A stretch of 63,422 bases of DNA, the filler included, from Licmophora abbreviata (lineage: Eukaryota): the NCBI GenBank assembly GCA_900291995.1. It is 7 parts of 7 records of this genome, joined end to end, with 100 filler letters (N's around TTAATTAATTAA, not from the genome) between each part and the next. Parts side by side here need not be neighbours in the genome. Positions count along the whole stretch, not along the records: positions 43,678 to 48,085 come from OLMU01000131.1; positions 48,186 to 52,770 come from OLMU01000132.1; positions 52,871 to 57,385 come from OLMU01000133.1; positions 57,486 to 63,422 come from OLMU01000135.1; 3 more parts are not named here. One strand, written 5' to 3'. The notes beneath the pieces are model-generated. The model saw only the letters and a program-made list of their open reading frames with translations, did not search any database and was not told the DNA's origin. The number at the start of each line of letters is the position of its first letter. Position 1 is the stretch's first letter. The translations under genes and the position numbers were made by a program. Of this stretch, positions 46,088-57,553 are shown piece by piece.

Positions 46088-48747
46088 ATGAAGATCCACG
46101 CTCCTGCTACTGTAAGCGCCTTTGTGTTGATGGCATCTTACTCCTCTTGTGCTAGAGCATTTTCGAATATACTTTCTCGAACTGGTAAGTTCTGTATCGC
46201 GTTGGAGCGTCGAAAGAGAAACGCTGTGGTGGAAGAGTCACAGTGACGTGTCTCAGCATTGACTCACTCACTCGTGTGCGCTTTACTGAATTCAGGTCGC
46301 CGATCCCTTCTTGGACGATTCCCCTTGGCAATGGTGGCTACAGATACAATGACGGAGAATCCTCTCCTCCAGCAAGAAACGCTTCCTAAGTTCGAGTCTA
46401 TCGAACCGAGCAATCTGACCCCAGCAGTGACTGAGCTCTTGACCAAGATGGAGAGCGACTTTGAGCAGCTCGAATCCAAGCTGGAGGAGACGACTTCCCC
46501 AGAGTTTGATGAAGTCCTACCGGAAGTGGAAAGAATGCAGTTCCCCATCGGGTTTGCTTGGGGTGTCGCTGGTCACTTGAATGGTGTCAAGAACACAGAC
46601 GAGTTGAGGACTGAGTACGAAACGAACCAGCCCAAAGTTGTGCAGGCCATGACCAAGTTCAGTCAGTCGAAAGCCTTGTACGATGCTCTTTCCAAGCTTC
46701 AGCAGGAAATTGTTGACATGAAAGGTGAACCTACCTTTGAGCAGAGTCAGCAAATCCGTGCCATTGAGATAAGCTTGCGCGCCATGAAGAATGGTGGTGT
46801 CGGTCTGGAGGGAGAAGCCAAGGAGCGATTCAATGACATCAGGATGCGACTCGCGGAGCTCAGTACCAAGTTCAGCAACAACGTCTTGGATGCCACGAAA
46901 GCGTTCAGCCTAACGATCGATGACGCATCCAAAGTGAAGGGTGTGCCCGCTTCTGCCAAGGCCATGTGGGCCAACGCACACGCGCAGCATCTCGCGAAGG
47001 AGGCCGCGGAAGGCGAAGATGCCCCGGAGATGGACCCCGAAAAAGGGCCGTGGCGCATCACCTTGGATATGCCCTCCTACATTGCTGTGTTGTCGCATCT
47101 TCCTGACCGCGCGATCCGTGAGCAGGTATACCGTGCGTCCATTACCCGCGCCAGCGAAACGATGGAAGACAAGAATAACATTCCTCTAATCTACGAGATA
47201 TTGAAACTGAAAAAGGAAATGTCAGGTCTCTTGGGATACAAGAACTATGCCGAGCAGAGTTTGTCCTCCAAGATGGCGCCAGACCCGGAAGCGGTGGCAG
47301 AGCTCACAGATCTGATTGCGGAGAAGGCCCTGCCGGCAGCGGAACGCGAGCTGGCCGAAATCACGGCTCTTGCTCGGGCAAACGGTGGCACAGATTACAG
47401 CGAAGCCAACTGCCCAAAACTTATGCCATGGGACACAACTTTCTGGAGCGAACGTCTAAAGGAGACGAAGTTTGACTTGACGGAAGAGGAGCTTCGTCCA
47501 TACTTTGCGCTTCCCGCCGTCTTGGGCGGTATGTTTGGATTGCTGGAACGTATTTTCGACATCGAAGTCCGTCCGGCCGACGGCGAAGCCGAAATCTGGC
47601 ATCCGGACGTACGATTTTTCAATGTTTACGACAAGTCGTCGGACAAGCACATTGCGAGCTTCTACTTGGACCCGTACTCAAGGCCAGCGGATAAGCGTGG
47701 CGGAGCTTGGATGGATGTGTGCATTGGAAAATCATCCGCGGTGCAGCGCGATGTTCCGGTTGCTTACTTAACTTGTAATGGTTCTCCGCCCGTCGGTGAT
47801 ACACCCAGTCTCATGACATTCCGCGAAGTGGAGACTCTGTTTCATGAAACCGTAAGTACCAACTCGTGGGACGACACGCGGATGTATGGCCTGCATCGCA
47901 AGAGACTCACGAATTCTCGAATGCAACGGGAATCTCTCTTTATGTAGGGTCATGGCCTACAGCACATGTTGACAAGGGCCTCTGTCGGCGACGTTGCTGG
48001 TATTAACGGCGTGGAATGGGACGCCGTGGAGCTTCCGTCGCAGTTCATGGAGAATTGGTGCTACGACAAACCAACCGTGTACGGCNNNNNNNNNNNNNNN
48101 NNNNNNNNNNNNNNNNNNNNNNNNNNNNNTTAATTAATTAANNNNNNNNNNNNNNNNNNNNNNNNNNNNNNNNNNNNNNNNNNNNGCAGTTCATGGAGAA
48201 CTGGTGCTACGACAAACCAACCGTGTACGGCTTTGCCAAGCACTACGAGACTGGCGAGCCGCTGCCTGAAGAGATGTTCCAGAAGCTCTGCGACCAGAAG
48301 ACTTTCAATGCTGGAATGATGTCTTGCCGCCAGCTCTTGTTTGGCCAGTTAGATATGGAACTCCATTCGTCCTTCGATCCTGAAGCCGCGGACACCACTG
48401 GCGAAACCATCTTTGATGTCCACCGCCGCGTTGCCAACAAGTACACGCCTTATGCCACGACTCTCGAGGAGGATCGTTTCCTTTGCACTTTCAATCATAT
48501 CTTTGGGGGAGGATACGCCGCAGGATACTACTCATACAAGTACGCAGAAGTCATGAGCGCAGACGCCTTCGGCGCCTTTGAGGATGTTGGGCTGGAGAAC
48601 GAGGAAGAAGTGAAGAGAGTTGGACGGTCATTCCGTGACACTGTTCTGAGCTTGGGCGGTGGAGTGCCACCTTCGGAAGTTTTCCGGAAGTTCCGTGGAC
48701 GTGATCCAACTCCTGACGCACTCCTGCGTCACAATGGTTTGGCGTAG
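46088..48747 (+). CDS. Oligopeptidase A (peptidase M3A), organellar presequence; exons 46088-46184, 46296-47851, 47948-48747 across the gap
   Basis: [34 protein letters not shown] (HEXXH), [35 protein letters not shown]. Confidence 0.95.
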
Positions 48748-49149
48748 TGGTGATGCGACAGTCAATCGACGAACTAGGAGTATGAGTAGAACAGGCCACT
48801 ACAAGATGATAATAGCAAAAGGGATCTTGCTACTTACTACGTGAAGTTTAATGCCTGGCTGTGCCTTGCGTAGTCTAGCATCAACCTTTTGAGCGCATCG
48901 CCGTATGAACAGTGCCGGAGTCAGTCATATGAGCACACGAGAGATGCGCCCCAGGGTGGTCTTGCCTCGTTAATTTAACCCTAACAGTTGGCATAAACTC
49001 GGAGTGTGGGTTTCGAAAAGGTCAGCACCGCGCTGTCGCGCCACTGAGGCAGTTACATCATCAACGCCACACCTTCGACACCACACAACACAAAAAAGCA
49101 ACAACGAAAAGCATTCTCCTTGTCGTCTTTTGCCGGTCTTCAGTCGAAG

Positions 49150-50175
49150 ATGATATCAGAATTGACGAGATTATCGATAATTTTGGTAGTGTCACTTTCC
49201 TTATTCATCGCGATTCGCAATCCGCTCGCGTTGGCATCGGCCTCGAGTAGCGCCGGGTCAGGAGATGCGCCAAAGCCAAGACCAGGCGAGGATAGTTCTG
49301 CCTTGCAGGGCATCAATCCAGACAAGTTCGTTTCATCAGCTCCACTGATTGTTGCTGCCGCATGTCGAGAGGGGGTTGCGGTAATCGCGATGCACAGGGG
49401 TGACGACGAGCTCTCGCTGCTTCTAGACGACAACGACTCAACTCAATACGAAGGTGCGGACTCGACTGACGCTCCAAAGTCTCGCAGGATGCAGGATCTA
49501 CCTACTAGCTACCGGGGTCCGTTCAGGATATACCAGATTGATAGTGTGGGGACGACATTGGTGTGTGCTGGTTGGAGGACTGATGGCGAATTGCTGGCGA
49601 AGAAGTGTCGGAACCTGGCCGCAGCGGAGCGCGACCGCTTTGGCACGCCCATTGGAAGTCTGAATGAGTACGGACAGTACCTCGCGGCGGAATCTTCGCA
49701 ATGGATGGCTCAATGCGCTGTGTCTGATAATGTACGTCGATGTTCTAGTATTCATGTCAACGCTACGCCGCAATACCGCGCACCTCCTCATTGTCTTTCC
49801 GTCACTCTGTTGAAGGTTCGGGCCTTGAGCTGTGTCGGACTGCTTACGTCTTGCGGCCGAAGCAGTGATCTTTCAGGGCGTCTTTGGCTGGTCGATGCTA
49901 CGGGCTACTATCGTGTCAGAGCTCATGCTCTTGGTGCAGGCGACGAAGTCATCAACCCACGGCTACGCAAACTCGACTTTTCAACGATGACTTTGGAGGA
50001 ATGTTTGGAAAAGATGGTTGCGCTTTTAGGAGAGGAGTGTGACAAGGAAGACACAAGTTTCGCAATTCCCCCGAGAACGACTCTCGAAGCGGCTGTAGTC
50101 GAGTCGGCTCAACGCAAGATGAAACGGATACGACAGCCATTCGTTACCAAGTCGACTACTAGTACAAGATCGTAA
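49150..50175 (+). CDS. Divergent 20S proteasome alpha-type subunit with N-terminal signal peptide; in-frame intron 49732-49815
   Basis: LIVAAACREGVAVIA, RIYQID..LVCAGWRTDG, VRALSCVGLL, LWLVDATG..RAHALGAG; hydrophobic N-terminus LSIILVVSLSLFIAI. Confidence 0.7.
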   Translation: MISELTRLSIILVVSLSLFIAIRNPLALASASSSAGSGDAPKPRPGEDSSALQGINPDKFVSSAPLIVAAACREGVAVIAMHRGDDELSLLLDDNDSTQYEGADSTDAPKSRRMQDLPTSYRGPFRIYQIDSVGTTLVCAGWRTDGELLAKKCRNLAAAERDRFGTPIGSLNEYGQYLAAESSQWMAQCAVSDNVRRCSSIHVNATPQYRAPPHCLSVTLLKVRALSCVGLLTSCGRSSDLSGRLWLVDATGYYRVRAHALGAGDEVINPRLRKLDFSTMTLEECLEKMVALLGEECDKEDTSFAIPPRTTLEAAVVESAQRKMKRIRQPFVTKSTTSTRS

Positions 50176-50759
50176 TATAAGTAAGACGGAAAAAGAATGT
50201 GAACCAGACTGCATACCGTATGGAATCTCCTCCCCAGGCTCGTACGTCCCCACATACAGCTTAATGTTGCCGAGTTAACATAGCATTACCCGTTCATATC
50301 CTCTGATGGTTTGTCCATCTTTTGGGGTTGTACCACGGTAGCCACCAGCACCAATAGGTCCTGAGTAAGTCCTCGCTGTCGCGACGGCAATAGTTGCATC
50401 CCTCAAGGCAGCGATAGAAAGGCTTAGGGTCCCACCTTTGTAACCAGCGCAGGCATCGTGTCGCTCGCAATGTATTTTGAGCGCGAGTAAACGACAGGAC
50501 TGTGACTGACTCGACTCGACTCACTCCTGATTACGAGCTCCGAGCTGAGGATATGTGTACAAAGAGTGTACTATGCATGTAAAAATCAAAACAATTCAAA
50601 ATTAATTCGAAACAACTAAAACTCAAAACGGATCCGTTTTGGTAAAATTGCTTCATCAAAACTGATCCCTTTTGGAAAAAATGCTTCATCTCTCGTTGCT
50701 CGATCTTTCAAAATCGTTCACCACGACATCGCAACGCGACGGAACGAGACAAAGCGACA

Positions 50760-51204
50760 ATGGCAACCACGACGATCGATCCGGCTCTGACAAAGAAGCT
50801 CCTCCTTCTCAGACACCCCAAACAGCGTGCATCAAACGATGCCATTCAACTCGCGAGCGAGTTGCTTCGATTGTTTGTAATTGAAGCTCGCAATCGAGCA
50901 GCAGTCGAGGTGAGAATGATAGGGTCCATGATGGCAATACGCCACCGCTTCGCTGAGGTGGTTTATTCATCGTTGCAGATCAGACGTTGTCAAGTCGAAG
51001 GGCCTTCCTGTCTTTCTCAATCATTTCGTTTTAAACAACTTGTAGGCGGAATGCGAAGACGAAGGAGGGATTGAAGAGACGAATATTTCCACCAATGACG
51101 ACGACGACGACGACGGGTTTTCACTGACACAGAACGGTGGGGTCTCGATAAGAGCTCATCACGTTACCAAGGTGGCAGCCGAGCTTCTCATGGATTTTTC
51201 CTAA
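50760..51204 (+). CDS. CENPX: CENP-X/MHF2 histone-fold protein; exons 50760-50909, 51046-51204
   Basis: DAIQLASELLRLFVIEARNRAAVE|AE...IRAHHVTKVAAELLMDFS. Confidence 0.8.
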
Positions 51205-51270
51205 AGGAAAAGTAGATGGAATCTATTAACAGAACTGCTGGAAGACCTTTGTACAAAAGTCATGTTTCTA

Positions 51271-52691
51271 CTATCGAACAAGCTGTCGATCCTTTCGTCC
51301 TGTCCGCGAAAAGATGAACTGATCTAGCATACCCATCATTGACACGACTCCACCGACAATGGCACAAACGCTCGTAAAGAACTGTACCCAACCCTTTCGG
51401 GTCTCCTCGATAGTCACGTGCAACGGCGATACTTCATAAAAGAAGAAGACACCAGGGACTCCGCGGCCACTTCCTGGACTCAGCTGCCGCAAGTGCTCCG
51501 TCACGCTGAACTGGTTCGTCTGGATCGATGTCCCGTCCAAGTAGCGGTACAATGTAGGAACCACCTGCAAGAGATAACAAGAAAGCATAGAAGACGTTGG
51601 CTAAGAGCTGAACGCTGGCGTTGTTGTCGTTGTTGTTGCATGTGTCACACGACAAGACGAACCTTGATATAGTACTGATACATGCTGTATGGGCCAATTT
51701 CTCGAGATTCTCCATCCAGCTGATGTACGTGTCCAGGGTACTCGTCACCAAAGCGAAGTTTTTGAATTGTATGGGACACATTGAATTGCTCGAAGGTTGT
51801 AAGGAAAATGTCAGCGACCGTTTTGTGCTGCTTCTCTCTTCCGAGTTTTTCGTAGTCCCTGCTAGGAGCCAAGTGCAGATTGCCTCCACCGAGACTCAAC
51901 GCAACAATGCCGTGAACGTTGCATCCTTCTCCATTTTCTTCTTTACTAGAGACGTCGTCCTTGCACTGTGAGACTTTGCCCAGGTCGTGCATTACCCATC
52001 CTTTTATGGTGTAGGCTCGTTTCACGTCGTCGCAAGTATTGCAGCATTCGCCTTCTTCCCCAGCGCCATAACAACTCCCGCATTCTTCCTCTTCGTCCTC
52101 TTCCATAATTTCCTTAAGCTTCTCTTCGCTTTCTTCTTCGCCGTCCGTCAGTCCTGCCTCCATCGCAAGCTCCCGGAGCTGCTGTTCCGACTGGAGCGTG
52201 AGCCCCAACTCGCCGATCGGAGTCCGGCTCCCAATAAGATTTCCCTCCGGCGAGAGACGATGCTTCCATACGTGATGCTTCTTGTCCAAATTGAGCGACT
52301 GCTGCTGTCCTGTTGGATCGTTGGCATCAATGCTCAAAAGTGCACAGGCGATTCCTGGGAACGTCACGTCAAACTCCATCTCGAGCCCGCGCGGTGTCGT
52401 GGCGTTGACATGGACATGCTCGACGATCGTTGTGGTAAAGTTGAAGACCGACTCCGTGTATATCAAGTACAGAATAGCTGGTCGCAGCAGGGTGATCAAA
52501 GTGTGATAGATATATATTGTGAGTCGAGTGAAGCGCAGTGCAGTAGGAACGATCTTGGCAAGATGCCGCGAAAAAGACTCACCGATGACCGTGGCGAGGG
52601 AAATTGCCGCGCCGTGCACCGTATGAACTAGAAATTCTTTCGATACAGAACTGTGCGTATCGAAATTTCGTAGCCTGTCCTGCACAGACAT
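51271..52691 (-). CDS. ER-Golgi intermediate compartment protein (ERGIC3/Erv46-like); exons 52691-52583, 52477-51663, 51564-51271
   Basis: LRNFD, CGSCYGA..CCNTCDDV, EGCNVHG, GNLHLAP, NVSHTI, YQYYIK|VVPT, TNQFSVT, PGVFFFYEVSP, CAIVGGV. Confidence 0.93.
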
Positions 52692-53365
52692 GGTATAGAT
52701 TCAGAGAAAGAGGGGAGCAACGGCGATAGAGTTTGCGTCAAGTTGTTCGAGGTGTGACTTTTGATCATGANNNNNNNNNNNNNNNNNNNNNNNNNNNNNN
52801 NNNNNNNNNNNNNNTTAATTAATTAANNNNNNNNNNNNNNNNNNNNNNNNNNNNNNNNNNNNNNNNNNNNGTTCGCGGTGTGACTTTTGATTGCAATGAT
52901 GTGGGGCATTGATGTCTGCGCCGCGGTACACCGTGGTGAAGGACGAACACACGCGCGCGGACAGACTGTGATCGATCGCTCTCATCATCGACGAGTCTAC
53001 ATACAAATACGCTCTGTAAACACTCATTTTGCATCATGCAAATATTGCACAATTGCAACAATAGGTGGCATGGCCTTCAACGCTCGTACCTCGCTGGAGC
53101 TCACCGATAAGTTATTTTAGGACTGACTTGGTCTTTAGGATCGGCAATACTAGTATGTGCTCTATATATGCAACCTGTGATGTCTGCGATAACATGTCAA
53201 AGACCATGGTTCCGCGTCGTCTGCTCCTTACTTCGATACTAGTATCAGTATAGGCAATGTTCATTGAAATTGATAAATAACAGACATGATATTATATTAT
53301 CTAAAGCAGTCTGGAGACAACTCCACGCATGACGCTACAATCACACATAAATTGTTCGTGAAAAG

Positions 53366-54829
53366 CTACGCAAGAGTTGGCAATCGGTATGTTCCAGCAT
53401 TCCCAACAATTCCACCACCTTGAGATGTCGCGATACTGGTGTCATCCGAGTCCTTTCGGACAATAGTCCCGTCCGGTCCAATTACCGTCTCCCCGGTACT
53501 TACTCCACTGTCGACCGTCAACTTCATTAGGTAGCCAAACAGTAGGGTGTTCATAATCAACAGTAGGGCCCAAGTAATGTTCTTAAGTCCCAGGAGTGCA
53601 AAGACAGTAATGACAAGAATCACGAGAATGAAGATACCAATGACATGCACTTGTTGTAGTCCGGCAGCACTCATCGCGGCTTGTTCCAACAGCGCGTCCT
53701 TGTTGGACATGCTCTGTCGTTTCTGAAGGATTGCAGCTAGCATGCCCGTGCCTGCAGTTCATTTCAGAGATGAAAGAGAGCATATTAGAACCCGTAAAGT
53801 GTGGGACCGACTCATGCACAACCCAAAGGCAGAACACACAATAGAAATAGCTAACCACAACGTACCAAAGAGTCCGAGGAGCGACAGCAGAATCTTGTCG
53901 GACGTGTTCCATCCATCCCCAGAATCGGAAATGCCTGTCTTCTGGCATTTTCGGTTACAGGTCTCCTTGTACTGCCACGCTGCTGAGCACAGCGGTGCAT
54001 TCGTCTGAATATTCTCGTACCACTGATCGTCAACCTGGTCGTCGGTCGCGTCGATCCAGTTCACACATGGCTTGCACTGTTTGAATGGAACCTGCAATGG
54101 CGAGAAATAGTAGGAAGGAAGAAGGAAGACAAATGAGATACGATCGAGATCTTAGGCACAGCAGTCTCTCTTCTTGACTCACTTGAATAGACGACACGTC
54201 GATATTGGCGTCGTCGTATCCATCGACAGCGCTTCGCGTCTCACAGGTATTGTCCTCGTAGATGTTGACAGCAATCGCTTGACTCGTTCCGTCGGAACAT
54301 CCAAGCTGGACGTAGTAATCGACTCCATTGATACTGGCGTAGGTGCATTGCGTATACTGCGCAGCATCGGGTAGTTCATAGCTTCCGTCGCCCTCACTTT
54401 CCGCGTTGGTCTGGAGCTGCTCCATGTAGCCGTCGACAAAGGTTGGGACAGGAGTCACGTAGGTACCGATGGCATTGTTACTACACTGCCTGTAGCCATT
54501 GCTGAATACGGCAAAGACAATCATGTCGACATTGTTGCTGAGAGGAGTGAGAAGAAGAAGGAGAACGATACAAAGAAGACGGTGAGAATCAGCACAGTCG
54601 ATCCAGAAATTGCATCAAAAATCAATGATCGGCCAACTTACTAGACAATGCATCGCTTAGGCAGAATGGCATGGTCAGTCCAGTACTTAATGTAGTCGTC
54701 GCCTTGATATTGCTGGCTCCCATCGTCCTCGGCTGCAGCCAACGACCAAGACATGGACGCGAGACAAGCCAGAAGTAGCGCCGAGGCCATTCGTACGAGA
54801 CGTCTACGACTGTATCTTTGCATCGGCAT
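53366..54829 (-). CDS. Cys-rich secretory-pathway membrane protein, silicanin-like; exons 54829-54642, 54537-54183, 54091-53866, 53751-53366
   Basis: Signal peptide; acidic Asn/Gln/Tyr/Cys-rich luminal domain (GTYVTPVPTFVDGY, YYVQLGC, IAVNIYEDNTC, CKPC, LCSAAWQYKETC); three C-terminal hydrophobic helices; introns frame-consistent. Confidence 0.7.
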
Positions 54830-55375
54830 TTATTTTTCTCGTATACTCTTCCGTTGATTCTGTATCGATCTCGTCAGATTCACTCGGTCCTCAATGTTCT
54901 TTCAAGGAGAGGTAGCTAGACTAACGTTGCTCCATCACTTGACTTGTCAAGCGTTCTCTAGCAGGCACATACAAACGACACCGGCTCTTTCTCTGTTCCT
55001 CTCCTGTTTGCTCTCTTTGAAATAATGAGAGAAACAATGCTGCAGAAAAGGTATTTAGCATCTGTGACTCATTATACATAAGTACAGAACGTGTTACATA
55101 AACAAAAAGTTTAAGCAACGGAAGTGCTCATCTACAGGAATGTTGGCTATAAAACTTCATTAAGATCAACAGACACCCATGACATAAAGTAACCCGGGGC
55201 GAAAACGCGCGGAATAGCGCGCTTTTCCTGCCGCCGCCAAATCACAAACTGAAAAAGTCAAAATGCAACACGCCGACGGCGACACACAACAAAGAAATCA
55301 CAACGCTGTGCTTTTCAATGGCGGACAGTCTTTGCTGCATCGTTGCCGTACCGTCTTTTCCTACAGCTCACCACC

Positions 55376-57369
55376 ATGTCTTGGAAGACGCTGCTGATTA
55401 GCATATCGATTCATTCAGTAGTAATAGACCGGGTTGTGGGTTTCACTCCGCCTCTCTCGGCGGACCGAACAACCTTTTCTGTCGCCCCTTCTTCTACTAG
55501 GAGCAATACTGCATTGCGTGATGCTGTAAATGGCGACTCGAATACCGATCTCAACGGTCTGGAACGACGCAGTGGAGTCAGTGGCTATTCGACAAGTTTT
55601 GGCTACAGTCAGTTCCTCACAAAACGAGAACAGCGGCGCTTCAAGCGAGAACAAGCCAAACGAGAGAGTTTGGAAGATGGCTATGCCGCCGTGTTTGACG
55701 CAAAGCGAAGCCTGCTGGGGATGGCATTGCGAGTGCCTCTAAAACTGTGGAATAAGGTTGTTCCGAGGCAAGCGAAGGAACCAGGAACGCTGATTCTGGT
55801 GAGGCATGGCGAGTCTCAGTGGAACGCCAACAAGACCTTCACCGGATGGGCGGATGCTGATCTGAATGAACAGGGGGTTCGAGAAGTAGAACACGCCGCC
55901 AGACTCTTGCTGGAGGGTGGTTATGCGATTGATTGTGTCTTTACAAGCCGACTGAAGCGTGCTATCAGGTCTACATGGATCCTACTGTTGGAGCTCAATG
56001 AAGTATACATTCCGGTCTTCAAGAGCTGGAGACTAAATGAGCGCATGTACGGAGCTCTGACGGGTCTGAGTAAGAAGGGCCTCGCGGAACAGCTCGGACA
56101 TGAATTGGTTCAAAAGTGGCGTGGGTCGTTGACGGAGCGACCACCGGCCTTGAAACCTGGGGACACCTACTGGCCCGGAAGAGAACGCCAATACTTGGAT
56201 TTATCGGAGGACCAAATACCTCTCACCGAATCTCTCCTGGACTGCATGGAACGGACGTCACCCATGTGGGAAAACAAAATTAAGAAGGAGCTCACTAGAG
56301 GACGTACAGTCATGGTCGTTGCACACGCGAATACGTTGCGAGGGCTCGTCAAGACAATCGACGAAATTGGCGATGAGGAAATCCAAGGTAAGAAAAGTAT
56401 CGCGTTGACAATGAGAAATCTGTTTCGCTCATAGATGTCACAAACAAACCATACGTGTCACTACTACCTCTGATATAGATGTGGCCATCCCCACGGGGAT
56501 TCCAGTCGTGTACAAGTTTGACAAGGACATGAAGCCGATTCCGCCGAGCGATGGCAACAAAGCGGCGACTCAGGCGCACATGAATGGATTGTTCCTTGAA
56601 AAGCCGGGACTCTTGAAGGAAGCTTTGAAGCGAGAGGCCGAGTGGGCAGGTGCGGTGCCGGGTTACGACAAGACAATGGGTCAGCGAGGAAACGTCATGG
56701 CTCCGTTGGAACGCTCGCTCCTTAAACTGGAAGCGGAGCGCAAACTTGGTGAGTGGGCTGGCCAATTCATCGACCCTCTGAAAGCCTTTGAGGACGATGG
56801 TACAGACGGAAAGCGAGAGAAACCGCTACATGTAATTGAAGATGAGGTTTGGCAGATCGCAATGGAGGAATTCGAGGAGACAATGTGTAAACTGTTGGCG
56901 GACAAGAAAGAATCAGAAGCGAACAAACTAGTGAGCCCGACCATGATTTCGAACCAGCCGTGCGTCAAGAATATGCCAGCGGCCTCCGTCGTCGGTCTCG
57001 GCACCGTGCCTGTACACCGAGAGTCAGTGCTCGTAATCATTCGACACGGCAAAACAGAGCACAACAAACTTGGGCTATTTACAGGGTGGGAAGGTACGCT
57101 GTACGATCGTATTGCTTGACGTCTTCACAAAGATATTGCTCTCGCGTTCTCTCACCATGGATCTACCGTCGTCTAGATGCACCCCTTGCACGGGATGGAG
57201 TGGAAGAGGCGAAAGCCGCCGGGAAGCTATTGAAGGCACACGGCTTCGAGTTTGACGTTGTATACACGTCGTGGCTCTCGCGAGCGATCGAAACGGCGTG
57301 GCACGTTCTGGACGAACTCGACTCTTTGTGGTTGCCGATCATCAAAAGTTGGCGACTCAATGAACGAAT
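55376..57369 (+). CDS. Tandem-domain 2,3-BPG-dependent phosphoglycerate mutase, plastid-targeted, 3' end lost in gap; exons 55376-56387, 56479-57093, 57177-57369
   Basis: Domain 1 [38 protein letters not shown]; domain 2 [30 protein letters not shown]; presequence VVG-F. Confidence 0.9.
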
Positions 57370-57553
57370 GTAAGTTGCTCAGAGTNNNNNNNNNNNNNNN
57401 NNNNNNNNNNNNNNNNNNNNNNNNNNNNNTTAATTAATTAANNNNNNNNNNNNNNNNNNNNNNNNNNNNNNNNNNNNNNNNNNNNTTTAAGAAGCAGAAA
57501 TACCTGAGCACCTCTGGATACTGCGTTCTGAAACATACACGACTTGTTTACAG

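Noticed and set aside
46088..48747. Bacterial contamination or an operon, suggested by bacterial-like genes (oligopeptidase A, dPGM, FKBP, ABC ATPase)
   Set aside because: All contain spliceosomal introns, most have eukaryotic targeting peptides, and they are interspersed with eukaryote-specific genes
48975..48985. TTAACCCTAAC telomere-like sequence
   Set aside because: Fewer than two units; expected by chance
50575..50700. A-rich, low-GC stretch upstream of CENP-X as a possible centromere or element end
   Set aside because: Only about 120 bp, with no terminal repeats; consistent with an ordinary promoter
51987..52631. Long antisense ORFs (this one, 16437-17072, 24831-25394, 33984-34523 and similar)
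   Set aside because: Shadow frames of real genes in ~50% GC DNA with no protein motifs
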